Shown piece after piece: positions 20,584 to 30,379 of a DNA stretch of 37,942 bases (positions are counted from its first letter, which is position 1; every line of letters starts with the position of its first letter). The stretch covers positions 13,578-51,519 of the forward strand of contig CAZHRF010000019.1 in the NCBI GenBank assembly GCA_964534625.1, given 5' to 3'. Below the pieces are notes generated by a model, which ran no database searches, was not told the origin of the DNA, and saw only the letters and a program-made list of their open reading frames with translations. Source of the DNA: an uncultured archaeon (lineage in GTDB: Archaea > Asgardarchaeota > Heimdallarchaeia > Heimdallarchaeales > Heimdallarchaeaceae). The position numbers and the translations under genes are program-made.

Positions 20584-20718
20584 TCCGAATGCCAATAGTA
20601 CTACTGAAAGTAATAAAAGCAATGAAGTACTAAAATATCTAAATAAAGTAGATAAGGAATAGCCTTATTGAAAACAAGGAAATATGAAGGGAGAATATTA
20701 ATAATCTATCTTTAATGT

Positions 20719-20741
20719 TAGTACTTCCGAAATAGTGCTCT
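20719..20741 (+). repeat. Isolated end of the TIR element family seen at 30127
   Basis: gtacttccgaaatagtgctct (20721-20741) matches 30127-30147 at 20 of 21 bases. Confidence 0.7.
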
Positions 20742-20951
20742 GCTACTACACTTTCGGTAAGCAATGATGCGTTTTAAATGGATAAAACCCTTAATCTTTA
20801 GGTTAATTTGAATTTAGAAATGTGCATTAAAAAATCTACTTGGAAAACTAAGACTTAGTCTTTTTTCTTAATAAACCACTGAGAGAGCGGTTGGAACCAA
20901 AATAGGATAGAAATACCCCAGTTAATAACTTTAGTTTATTTTATTTTGTAT

Positions 20952-21236
20952 TTAATTTGATATTGATTTAATTTTTTTCATCAGTCGATCAAATTCTTTT
21001 TGATAAAGTTTTTTCCTATGGGGCAGAAATTCTTTTAGGTTTAATATTTCTAATGATGTATGGAAGAAGTACTTTTCGATTTCTCTTTCTGTTAAACTTT
21101 CTTTTGGGTCTAACCAAGCATCGAGGTGTTCAATAAGGTTAGGGGACACTTTTTTTATTTCCTCATCAACAACAGAAGGTTCAATTTCTTTTACTGCTTG
21201 TTTCACCACTCTTTTTTCAAATGTTCTTTCACTCAT
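20952..21236 (-). CDS. Small hypothetical protein
   Basis: Charged helical ORF, co-oriented downstream of the TPR gene. Confidence 0.55.
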   Translation of the reverse strand: MSERTFEKRVVKQAVKEIEPSVVDEEIKKVSPNLIEHLDAWLDPKESLTEREIEKYFFHTSLEILNLKEFLPHRKKLYQKEFDRLMKKIKSISN

Positions 21237-21364
21237 ATTAATCAAGTACTTAGTGTACCGAAATATCTAAAATCTTTGGGAAGTTTGGTTAATCTTGATT
21301 TTTCTTTGTAAGACTAAAGAGTACATGAAAAAGATGGGAGAGCGAAAAAATAATTAAAAGAACA

Positions 21365-23746
21365 TTAAAGGTTTTTAAGTGCGTCATCTAAACATGCTTG
21401 AATTTCAGATGAGATCTGGCCTAATTTTTGACTGTTAATGTCATTCACGGATGTCTGTGAATGAATAGATTTTGAGCATATGTCACTAATTTTATCTCTA
21501 AGCACAAAGAAGATCTTCTCTGCCTTTTTGGGATATATAATTGCAAGTAACAGATAATTCGCTTCTTTTAAGCGTTCATCAATTAAAGAGGCATCTTCTT
21601 TAATTATCTCACTGTATACTATCGATTCATAGTCTTTTAAAGAAAAGGGGAAGGGCCCGTATAAACCCGAATGATATTCTGAGCCTAGACTGGTAGCAAT
21701 TGAAACAAATGTGCCGTATCTGTCTTTTATCAATGTAGGGAAGTCCATTTTTAGATGCTCACTAAACGGTAAAAATCCTAGATCATCCCATTTATAGGCG
21801 ATTAAAGAAAAATTGATTGGATCTGTATGTTCGTTTTTATTGGATTGAACCTGTTTTAAATGTTCCATAGACTCAAAAAAGAGATTATTCATGTTCGCAA
21901 AAGAAATCTTACTCTTGTTATTTTTTTCTTTAATTTCTTTTACTTCGTGTTTTTCTTTTAATTCTTCTAAATGAAACAGTTCATCTTCAACTATAACTTT
22001 TAAAACAGCCAGTTCTTTAGATTGAGCTATGTTTAATGCTTGATCTAATAAAATATATGCTTTTTTGAATTCAAATACACTAACAGAGACTTTGGCTGAA
22101 ATAATATATGCTTGGATAAGCAGCTTAGGTGAATTCTGAAATTCAGCTATATGCACTAGTTCTTGGGCTTTTTCTTTTATTTCTTCTAAAACAAGCTTAT
22201 TACCAGTTAATTCATATTCATAAAACAAGCAATCGATCACGTTTATTATAGCGAAAATTCTTAGAATTAGATTAACATTTTTATTTTTACTAACTTTTTC
22301 AAAGATTTTTTGGCTCTCAATTTTAGAGGCCAATCTCTTGTCGAATTTTTTAGAGTAAGATGCTCCTGCCAATAGCCAATAATAGTACATTTCTTTATTT
22401 TCTTTATGTTGAACACTTATACTTCTGAGATTGTCTAAACACTCTTTTGCTTTTATTTGTTGTTCTTGAACGATATATAAGCTGATAAGAGAATAGAGCA
22501 CTTTGGCTATTTGTTGTTCATTACCTATCTCTTTGAATAGTGAAAGACTGGCTAAATAATCATCCTCGGCTGAATCATGGAGATTCATTTCAAAATAAAT
22601 TTTACCTCTTTGAAAATAGGCTTCACCAAAACGCACACGGTTGCCCGTTCTTTTAAAGTAACCAATACTTTGTCGTAAACATTCCAAAGCCAATTGATAT
22701 TCGCCTTGTTCAGTATAAATACCAGCAACATTAATCAAAGTTTCAGCCATGGTTAGTTTTTGACCAAGTTCTCGACTATACTGTAAACTAAGATTGAAAT
22801 AATCTAATGCTTGTACAGATTGACCAAGTTTAAAATATGTTCTTCCGAGTTGAGCATAATTAATTGATAATTCCTCTTTATTACCTTTTGATTCGAGCAC
22901 AGCATAACATTCATTAAAAATTTTGAGTGCAGATTCATAATCACCCAATAAAAGATAGATCTCGGCAATATTATCTAAAACACCAACTGCTTCTTTTTCA
23001 TTCCCGATAGCTTGACGGATTTGATAAGCTCGTTTAAAATAATCAAGGGCTTTATCATAATCGCCTAAATTTTTGTACACCAATCCTATATTATTTAAAC
23101 AGCGGGAGGAAGTGAGTGTCTTGGTATTTTTAGGTAAACCTTCTAAAGATTTTTTATAATATTGTAATGCATTTTCAAAGTCGCTTTTATCGTAATAAAT
23201 TAGCCCCATATTGTTGAATATTCTACTTAGATAACTTTTATCAGATAAATTTGCTCCAAAACTTATACACTCTTCAAAAATACTTAAAGCACGATCTAAG
23301 TCGTTTTTATGCCAATAATATAAACCTTTACAGTTTTTTGCAAATAAAATGTTTGATTTATAAAATTGCGGAGTAAAGACCCTTTTATATCTATCTAAGA
23401 GTGTTTCAAGTTTTAGAATCTCTTCCAAATAAGCTTCATAAATACCAACTCGTAGGAAGATCCGAACACGTTCTTTATAGATATTAATTAATAATTGGTA
23501 AAATTCCTGTTCCTTTACCTTTTCTATTAGATTGAGTGAGTTTTCAAGTGCTCGTTCATAATCTCCTGTTATATAATCCTTTTTTATATGTAAAAATTTG
23601 AGGGTCATAGATTGTTTCAAAGACATTTCAGCATCCATTGAATTTAGCTCTTTCAACAATTCATTGGCTTTGTTTACATCATCTTTATCAAGAGAATCAC
23701 GAATCTTATTTAGACAAGTATTGGGGAAATCAGAGTCTTGTGTCAA
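21365..23746 (-). CDS. TPR-repeat protein with C-terminal longin/uDENN-like domain
   Basis: Repeats such as LNNIGLVYKNLGDYDKALDYFKRA; C-terminal alpha/beta domain (WDDLG..P, GLYGPFPF, DERL). Confidence 0.88.
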   Translation of the reverse strand: MTQDSDFPNTCLNKIRDSLDKDDVNKANELLKELNSMDAEMSLKQSMTLKFLHIKKDYITGDYERALENSLNLIEKVKEQEFYQLLINIYKERVRIFLRVGIYEAYLEEILKLETLLDRYKRVFTPQFYKSNILFAKNCKGLYYWHKNDLDRALSIFEECISFGANLSDKSYLSRIFNNMGLIYYDKSDFENALQYYKKSLEGLPKNTKTLTSSRCLNNIGLVYKNLGDYDKALDYFKRAYQIRQAIGNEKEAVGVLDNIAEIYLLLGDYESALKIFNECYAVLESKGNKEELSINYAQLGRTYFKLGQSVQALDYFNLSLQYSRELGQKLTMAETLINVAGIYTEQGEYQLALECLRQSIGYFKRTGNRVRFGEAYFQRGKIYFEMNLHDSAEDDYLASLSLFKEIGNEQQIAKVLYSLISLYIVQEQQIKAKECLDNLRSISVQHKENKEMYYYWLLAGASYSKKFDKRLASKIESQKIFEKVSKNKNVNLILRIFAIINVIDCLFYEYELTGNKLVLEEIKEKAQELVHIAEFQNSPKLLIQAYIISAKVSVSVFEFKKAYILLDQALNIAQSKELAVLKVIVEDELFHLEELKEKHEVKEIKEKNNKSKISFANMNNLFFESMEHLKQVQSNKNEHTDPINFSLIAYKWDDLGFLPFSEHLKMDFPTLIKDRYGTFVSIATSLGSEYHSGLYGPFPFSLKDYESIVYSEIIKEDASLIDERLKEANYLLLAIIYPKKAEKIFFVLRDKISDICSKSIHSQTSVNDINSQKLGQISSEIQACLDDALKNL

Positions 23747-23828
23747 GGTAACCCGCCAGACATATTACAATTATTCTTGATATTTAAATGCTTTCTGTAA
23801 GATGTAATGATTAGATTATTTTGATTAC

Positions 23829-24332
23829 TTACTCTGAGCATTTTCTGGCTAGTATATTCAAGTATCGAGGAATTGCCATCTTAATTAACCCTCTCACAAT
23901 TAAGCTCATTCCACGCTTTGGAGTAAAGTCTATAGTCCAAACTACTTGTGTTGAATTTGAACTGAGAGGAATAAAATCAATATATCCCCGGTGAAATTTT
24001 ACTGGAAAAGTAAACAAAGAAGGGTTCATTACACGATAATAAATACGATTAGGATAGTTTATATCTGTAATCTTCTCGCGTATCCCTGTATTTCTACAAA
24101 TAGGTATCCATCTTGTACATCCATTTCCATAATCATCTCCTTCACCTTCCAAAATTGGTTTGGGGAAAGTTCCTCCACCTGCTTTCCATATGCAGGTGAT
24201 GAAGTATCGCCAAGTCGTTTCTTGATCTTCAGAGCACAATTTGGTATATTGTACCATTTTCTTTCCTTGTTGGTTTACTGTAACAGGAATCATTTTATCA
24301 TTTACATTATTTTTATTATGGCGGTTCTTCAT
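23829..24332 (-). CDS. SRPBCC/START-fold protein
   Basis: GCTRW...IREKIT...IYYRV...TQVVWTIDFTP plus C-terminal helix; true start may be downstream. Confidence 0.75.
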   Translation of the reverse strand: MKNRHNKNNVNDKMIPVTVNQQGKKMVQYTKLCSEDQETTWRYFITCIWKAGGGTFPKPILEGEGDDYGNGCTRWIPICRNTGIREKITDINYPNRIYYRVMNPSLFTFPVKFHRGYIDFIPLSSNSTQVVWTIDFTPKRGMSLIVRGLIKMAIPRYLNILARKCSE

Positions 24333-24561
24333 TACTAGTAACCTCTAACTCTGGCATGTTTGGGATTGATTCAGAGAGATTATATTTTAAGCGCAGAATA
24401 AGTATATAAGGATTTATGAAACGTTAGTATTTCGAAATAAAGCTTGGATCCTATTTTTGGCATTATAGAGAATGTTTAGTTAAATCTTTCTTCTAAAAAA
24501 GAATAACATATTCATTTATTTAAAATTGAAAAAATAGAAAAAGTCTAAAATCGGTTTAATT

Positions 24562-25077
24562 CTACTTTATGTTTATTTTCTTCTTTTCCTTTTCTTCTAT
24601 CTCTTTCTTGGGAAGAGTTAATTTCAAGATACCTCTTTCTAACGAAGCATCAATTTCATCTTTTTCCACATTTTCTGGAACTTTAAATGCTCGATAATAG
24701 TTGGCAGAGCTATATTCTCGCCTTACATACCCCTCTTCTTCCTCTTCAACAGATTTTTTTGTTTCGCCTTTTATCTCTAATGTATCTTCGGATAGAGTCA
24801 ACTCAATGTCCTGTTTGTCTAGACCAGGTAGCTCCATATCAACCATATATTTTTCTTCCGTTTCTTTAACATTGGCTAATGGCGTTCTAAAGAAAGGTCT
24901 GTCACTATATTCTTCTACATCACGAGTACCAAATGGAAAGTTAAAGAAACGTCTTGTCATTTGATCAAAGACTTTGTCAATATCTTCGAATAGTGAAAAC
25001 GGATGTTCTTGTCTTCGCGCTAATTCTCTTTCCTTCCCTGTATCTTCTTTGACTTCAATATCTTTCTTGTCAGACAT
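24562..25077 (-). CDS. Small heat shock protein (Hsp20)
   Basis: ELPGLDKQDI, RAFKVPENV, ASLERGILKLTLPK, C-terminal INI motif; GGAGGT upstream. Confidence 0.96.
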   Translation of the reverse strand: MSDKKDIEVKEDTGKERELARRQEHPFSLFEDIDKVFDQMTRRFFNFPFGTRDVEEYSDRPFFRTPLANVKETEEKYMVDMELPGLDKQDIELTLSEDTLEIKGETKKSVEEEEEGYVRREYSSANYYRAFKVPENVEKDEIDASLERGILKLTLPKKEIEEKEKKKINIK

Positions 25078-25517
25078 ATATATAGACCTCCAATCTTCGA
25101 TTGGGCTTTATCTACAGTCTTAACAAGCCCATGTTTACTAAGTTACAACATATTTAAATATTTTTTGTTAAAAAGACGATTATAATTTATATGTATATTA
25201 GATATTTTTTATTACCATTTTATAATAATAAAATGCTTTTTTCCTAACTTTTCCAAAAAAACTAAGAGTAAAACTCACAAACTGGAACATTTTTTCGATT
25301 GTTCAATGAAAGTAAAAGGGCAGGTTACTCATAAAAAGTAGGGTGAGTATAAGATGAGGAGTGTTTGTACAAAATGGATCATATGAATATACAGCTTGCC
25401 ATTGTATTTACTAAAGAACAGACTACGTTCTTTTGAAATAGTTACTTTTCATCTAAATGCTTAAAAAGATGTTTGATATATTAGATATATATACACCAAA
25501 GACCGTATTCTGATACC

Positions 25518-26420
25518 ATGAGAATATACAATCCATTTGTACCAATAACTGTTATTGTAGGGTTAGAGGGAGCTGGAAAGACAACACTCCTTAATAAATT
25601 AAAAACGGGGGGATTTCAAAAAAATATCTCTCCCACACTTGGTTTCCATTTCGAATCATTATCATACCAAGGGAGGAGATTTGATATAATAGACCTTGGA
25701 GGGCAAACAGCATTTCGTAAAGCTATTTGGAAAAAATTTGTTACTAATTGTCATGCTTGTCTGTTCTTATTTGATAGATCAGATAGAGAAAAAATTACGG
25801 TTGCAAAGGATTGGTTGTGGAGAGTTATTGAGTGGCTACCCAAAGATATTATTTTTGCTTTCTTCGCAAATAAATCAGATTTACCAGATATTATCCCTTT
25901 AGAAGATATAATAACACATCTTGAACTCCCAAAATTAAGTGAGCATTTAATCTCTTATCAGATATTTGAAACATCAAGTAAAACAGCCCTCAATATTGCT
26001 GAAAGTTGGCAATGGATTACAAATGAACTTATTCATAAACAACAATATTTTAGACCTTTTGAGTTGTATCAAATTGGTTTTTACACCGAAGATTTTCAAA
26101 GGGTTCATTATATTTATTTTGGCGACAAATCAAAAAAAGAGTATTTTACAAAGATGGCAAAAGTTGTTGAGGAATATTCAGAACATTTAACTGAGGGCAT
26201 TGATGAAATACATCTTGATGATATTAAAATAATATTCATTCAACGAGGATTACATCATGGGGTCTTTTACACACATAAAGAAACCGAACTTACATATGCA
26301 CGGGCGGTTTTCTTTCCAATTATGATTGAAGTGCAGAATAGACTGAAAACAGGAAAAAAGATAGATAAAGCATTTGTTCAGGGAATAATCAAAGCAACAA
26401 GAAAATTTAGATTAACATAG
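25518..26420 (+). CDS. Arf-like small GTPase with ~125-aa C-terminal domain
   Basis: GLEGAGKTT, PTLG, DLGGQ, NKSD, TSSK. Confidence 0.92.
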   Translation: MRIYNPFVPITVIVGLEGAGKTTLLNKLKTGGFQKNISPTLGFHFESLSYQGRRFDIIDLGGQTAFRKAIWKKFVTNCHACLFLFDRSDREKITVAKDWLWRVIEWLPKDIIFAFFANKSDLPDIIPLEDIITHLELPKLSEHLISYQIFETSSKTALNIAESWQWITNELIHKQQYFRPFELYQIGFYTEDFQRVHYIYFGDKSKKEYFTKMAKVVEEYSEHLTEGIDEIHLDDIKIIFIQRGLHHGVFYTHKETELTYARAVFFPIMIEVQNRLKTGKKIDKAFVQGIIKATRKFRLT

Positions 26421-26617
26421 AGAGTGTAACTCAAACGATTTACAAAATGTATCAATCAACATATACCTAAAATATCTCAACTAAACGGCTATGTGAGTTA
26501 GTAATTTTCATTGAATAAGTTCAAAATAATGATAAATGGTACTGTAAGCCTTATTTAGAAAGTACTGGTTTTAAAAAATAGGTAAAAAATATTAGAATTC
26601 ATACAAAAGTTACAATG

Positions 26618-27292
26618 TCAAGAATGGTGAGATAGATCCTTTGTATGCTTATGGTTATCAATTACTTCGATTACATCACACAAAAGAAATGAAAAGGCAG
26701 TTAAGAAATCATAAAGATTTTCCCCTTTTAGAGAAAGATCCAGATATTTATGACCTTCCCAGTGTTCTGTGGGTAAAGAAGTATCATAATAGGCTCCATA
26801 AGGCGTATCAACTCTGAATATTCTGAAAGTTGGATCTGTTTTATTTAAGATGGCAAAACCAATATGTCTGTTTTCTTCATAGTAACAAGTGGAATAAAGA
26901 AATAAACAGTTTGTTCCGCCAGTTAAGCTTGAGCCTTGAAAAGTTTGTATTTTAGAGTTTTGAATGGCTGAAAATGTCTGATATCTTTTTGCCAGAACTA
27001 CAGATGCAGCTAGAAGCTGACAAAGGATATCTTTTCTATCCTTATCCTCAGAAAAATCTAAAGAATTAAAAATTCCTTCATATGAGTTGAATTTCGCGAA
27101 CCTTAACGTCTCACGACCAGAATTTTGATAGGTCAAACCTAACAAAAGATCATATTCTTGAACATGGGGAAGCTCAAGTATAAAACCATCACTAATATTA
27201 GTGAGATCTTCATCAATTAGTATTCTATTAGTTAAAAAGTCTTTATAAGTCATTATAACCACGAGTGCCAATTTGTCTGGTAAAGCTAACAT
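26618..27292 (-). CDS. Hypothetical protein with possible internal duplication (start may be 27253)
   Basis: 224-aa ORF; TLRF..LDFS versus TFRI..LDLS halves. Confidence 0.65.
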   Translation of the reverse strand: MLALPDKLALVVIMTYKDFLTNRILIDEDLTNISDGFILELPHVQEYDLLLGLTYQNSGRETLRFAKFNSYEGIFNSLDFSEDKDRKDILCQLLAASVVLAKRYQTFSAIQNSKIQTFQGSSLTGGTNCLFLYSTCYYEENRHIGFAILNKTDPTFRIFRVDTPYGAYYDTSLPTEHWEGHKYLDLSLKGENLYDFLTAFSFLLCDVIEVIDNHKHTKDLSHHS

Positions 27293-27536
27293 TATTTTCT
27301 AACTTTTAAAGGTATGAATTTTCTCTCAAAATTATAAAAAAAATGACAAATTTTACAACAACAAACAGTCTAAACAATATAAAGAAAGCCACAAATATGT
27401 GTGTGAATAATTGATTGTGAAAATACTGTTGAGAATGAAAAAAATGATTTTTTATTTCATGACCAATTGCATAATAGAAAAAACGAACAGAAGAAAGCCA
27501 TATGATTCTATTGCCCTTACTTTTAACCTAATTGGG

Positions 27537-28934
27537 TTAGGTTGCTTCAATATCCACTTTTTGATTGCTCTTTTTGAGTTTGTTTTTGATTCTGTTTGTT
27601 ATTCTATAAATACTACTAAGAATAATAACAGATCCAAAGGCTATAGTTCCCAACTTTCCTCCTGCTCCACCCAAATGCGGGGTTGTAAGAACAAAAGTTA
27701 ATCCGCAAATTATACCCGCAAAAATCATATCCATCTCGCTTTTAAAAAGTTCTCCCGAACTCATTCCTGCGAATGATGCACAAAATACTGCAACAGCAAA
27801 AGTCACACCAGTTGTATTATGGATTATTGGCAATATCAATCCTCCAACTAACCCCACAAATGCTGATGCAACAACAGCTCCATGCTTAAAGCGAATGCTT
27901 ATAATATAGGTGAAAACTGCTCCACACACCGAATAAAATACAAGTAATGTATTATCTTCCAGCCCCATCATACTCCCGCTCAATAAAGGATTACCAACAA
28001 CTACTGAAATAAGTATGCTACTAATAAAAGCAATGGTCCCTAGTTTCCCCCCTAAGCCTGGAAAAAGTTTTTTGCAAGAAATAAAGATGGTACCGCCTAA
28101 TAGACCAGCTAGCACAATACAAGGAAAGAGAGTTAAAAGATCCATAGAACACATACCTATAAATGACCCGCAAAAAATAGCTACCGCATGTTCTTTTATC
28201 AATAATCCACCGAATAACCCGACTAAACCAGAGGCAACAACAGCCCCTAAACCCAGTTCTGTGCTAATAAAAAAGGTTATGACAGCTCCGAGAAACACGC
28301 CTAAAAAATCATAAGCATTATCTAAGGAAAAGAAGGAATAAGAAGAGTTATCTAAATAAAATGATGAAAAACGGTTGAAAATATTTTTTAACTCGGTAAA
28401 TATGCCATAGAGTAAAAAGAAGACCATAATAAAACTATAGATGACCAATATCACATGATGTTGAAACGCTTCATATAAACCTGAGAGATACAATAAGAGT
28501 GTAAAACCGCTCAATAAAGCAAAACCTATTATCTCAGGAAGATGATTCCAACGGAATTTATTTACATACAAAATTTGTAAATTTAATTCACTTATACACT
28601 TAGGAAGCCCATTTAAGGGATTATCACGAAGGTCTAGTTCTTGTAGTTTATCGAGTGCACTCAAAGACGATGGTAACGTGGTTAAGTTATTCTTTGCCAG
28701 ATACAGTTTTTTAAGCTGTTTAAGTTTAGATATATTTTCGGGCAGGGAAGATAACCCCACGCCATACAAAGCCAAGCTATTTACATGGCCATCTTCTATG
28801 GACAGTCCAAAAGTAGTTGATGAGACGCCAGATTTTATTGGTAGCTCTTTTCCTACTCTGTGATTTAACTCTCTAATAATCTCATATTCGTTTTGTTCAA
28901 TGGGTATATCCTTGTAATATACAAGTTCTGACAT
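27537..28934 (-). CDS. LRR domain fused to an internally duplicated multi-TM domain
   Basis: LSSLPENISKLKQLKKLYLAKNNLTTLP LRRs; two GGKLGTIAF motifs; start at MSELV (28934) is inferred, ORF is open to 29066. Confidence 0.8.
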   Translation of the reverse strand: MSELVYYKDIPIEQNEYEIIRELNHRVGKELPIKSGVSSTTFGLSIEDGHVNSLALYGVGLSSLPENISKLKQLKKLYLAKNNLTTLPSSLSALDKLQELDLRDNPLNGLPKCISELNLQILYVNKFRWNHLPEIIGFALLSGFTLLLYLSGLYEAFQHHVILVIYSFIMVFFLLYGIFTELKNIFNRFSSFYLDNSSYSFFSLDNAYDFLGVFLGAVITFFISTELGLGAVVASGLVGLFGGLLIKEHAVAIFCGSFIGMCSMDLLTLFPCIVLAGLLGGTIFISCKKLFPGLGGKLGTIAFISSILISVVVGNPLLSGSMMGLEDNTLLVFYSVCGAVFTYIISIRFKHGAVVASAFVGLVGGLILPIIHNTTGVTFAVAVFCASFAGMSSGELFKSEMDMIFAGIICGLTFVLTTPHLGGAGGKLGTIAFGSVIILSSIYRITNRIKNKLKKSNQKVDIEAT

Positions 28935-29542
28935 TGGTAATCTTGACAATTTTTTCATTCCATTAAATAAAGGTTGTTTTTTAGGTTGAAAAAAGAAATA
29001 AAAACCATTTGCAATATTACCACAAGCACCAATTGAAATAGAGGTTATCAAAGATAGAAAAGTCATCTAAATAAAAGAAAAGCGGTCTAAAAAGAATTTA
29101 GCAGACCAGAGTATTCTTCACGAAAACGGAAAAATTTTGGTTTGATTTTTCTTTTCAACCTAGTTGATCTAACTAATCTAGGTTAGTTCCACATTTTCTG
29201 CACGAGAATAAAGCAGATCTAGCAAATAAAGGATGGCGCCAGTAAGACTGACAGAGATTAATACAATACCAGCAATTTTCAGAGAATGTAATCCACTAGT
29301 ATACTAATATTTAGAATAATCAGTACATTTCTATTTCACACACCCTAAGAAGAAAGAAAATGCATCAAATCTAATAAAAACATTCCTTATATTTAGGTGG
29401 GAGAGATTGGAATATTTAAGAGGAAGCGCATTGTTATACTTCCAAAAACATGCAATGAAATAGTATTAATTCATCTAACAAAATAATTTGTATACGTTTA
29501 AAGACAAGTAAGTAAATAAAATTTTAATTACAAATAGAGGAG

Positions 29543-30121
29543 ATGAACAAAATGGCAAAGAAAGTGTTAATAGGTTATGGAACTCGTTATGGTAGCACAG
29601 AGGAGATAGCAATATTTTTTAAAGATAAATTACAAGAAAAAGGATATGAAGTGGATCTGTTAGATTTAAGGAATAGCCGAATAAAAACATCCAGACTATC
29701 CAATACGTATTCTGGTTTACTAATTGGCAGTGGCATCAGAATGGGTAGATGGGTACGGAAGGCTAAAAAATTCCTGAAAAAGAGTCAATCCTATATCAAT
29801 GAAAATAATCTACTTACAGGCGTTTTTGTTAGTTCAGGAGAAGCTGGTGAAGCTGACAAGCGTGAATCTGCAATCCAGAAATATCTACTTGATGTTATAG
29901 AAGATGCAGGAATAAATCTTGGCGAAAATGTAATCTATGAGGGCTTTGGAGGGGTTTATGACTTGAGTGAGACATCTCGCATGAGTAAGATTATGAAAAA
30001 AATGCTTAATGCAGCAGCTGATCAAGAACCAACAATGGAAAAGAATAAGAAAGTGGATTGGCGAGATTGGAATGCGATAGAAGACTTCATAGAAACCTTT
30101 ATTGAAAAAATGGAAGAATAA
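29543..30121 (+). CDS. Flavodoxin-domain protein (HemG-like family)
   Basis: YGTRYGSTEEIA, IGSGIRMG, FGG, DWRDWNAI. Confidence 0.88.
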   Translation: MNKMAKKVLIGYGTRYGSTEEIAIFFKDKLQEKGYEVDLLDLRNSRIKTSRLSNTYSGLLIGSGIRMGRWVRKAKKFLKKSQSYINENNLLTGVFVSSGEAGEADKRESAIQKYLLDVIEDAGINLGENVIYEGFGGVYDLSETSRMSKIMKKMLNAAADQEPTMEKNKKVDWRDWNAIEDFIETFIEKMEE

Positions 30122-30126
30122 ATATT

Positions 30127-30229
30127 GTACTTCCGAAATAATGCTCTAATTCCATAATTTCCAGCATAAATGAGCACAGGGGAGTTCTAATTAGATGGGA
30201 TCCTAATTGTTTGCTTAATTCGGAAGTAC
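30127..30229. mobile_element. 103-bp MITE-like element
   Basis: Terminal inverted repeats gtacttccgaa / ttcggaagtac (11 perfect, 14 of 15); non-coding. Confidence 0.7.
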
Positions 30230-30379
30230 TAAAATAACAACAATATTGAAAAAATTCAACCAAAAAATGAAAATCAACGAGAAAAAGCTATTGAAAGTAA
30301 TCAGTTCCAATATAACATTTGTTATTTACTAACTCATATTTATTTGATATCAAACAAAATAAAACAGGTAACATTTTCT

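Noticed and set aside
29157-29300. Minus-strand TM-like peptide (LKIAGIVLISVSLTGAILYLL) and a 7-bp inverted repeat
   Set aside because: No start codon and too short; at most a gene remnant.
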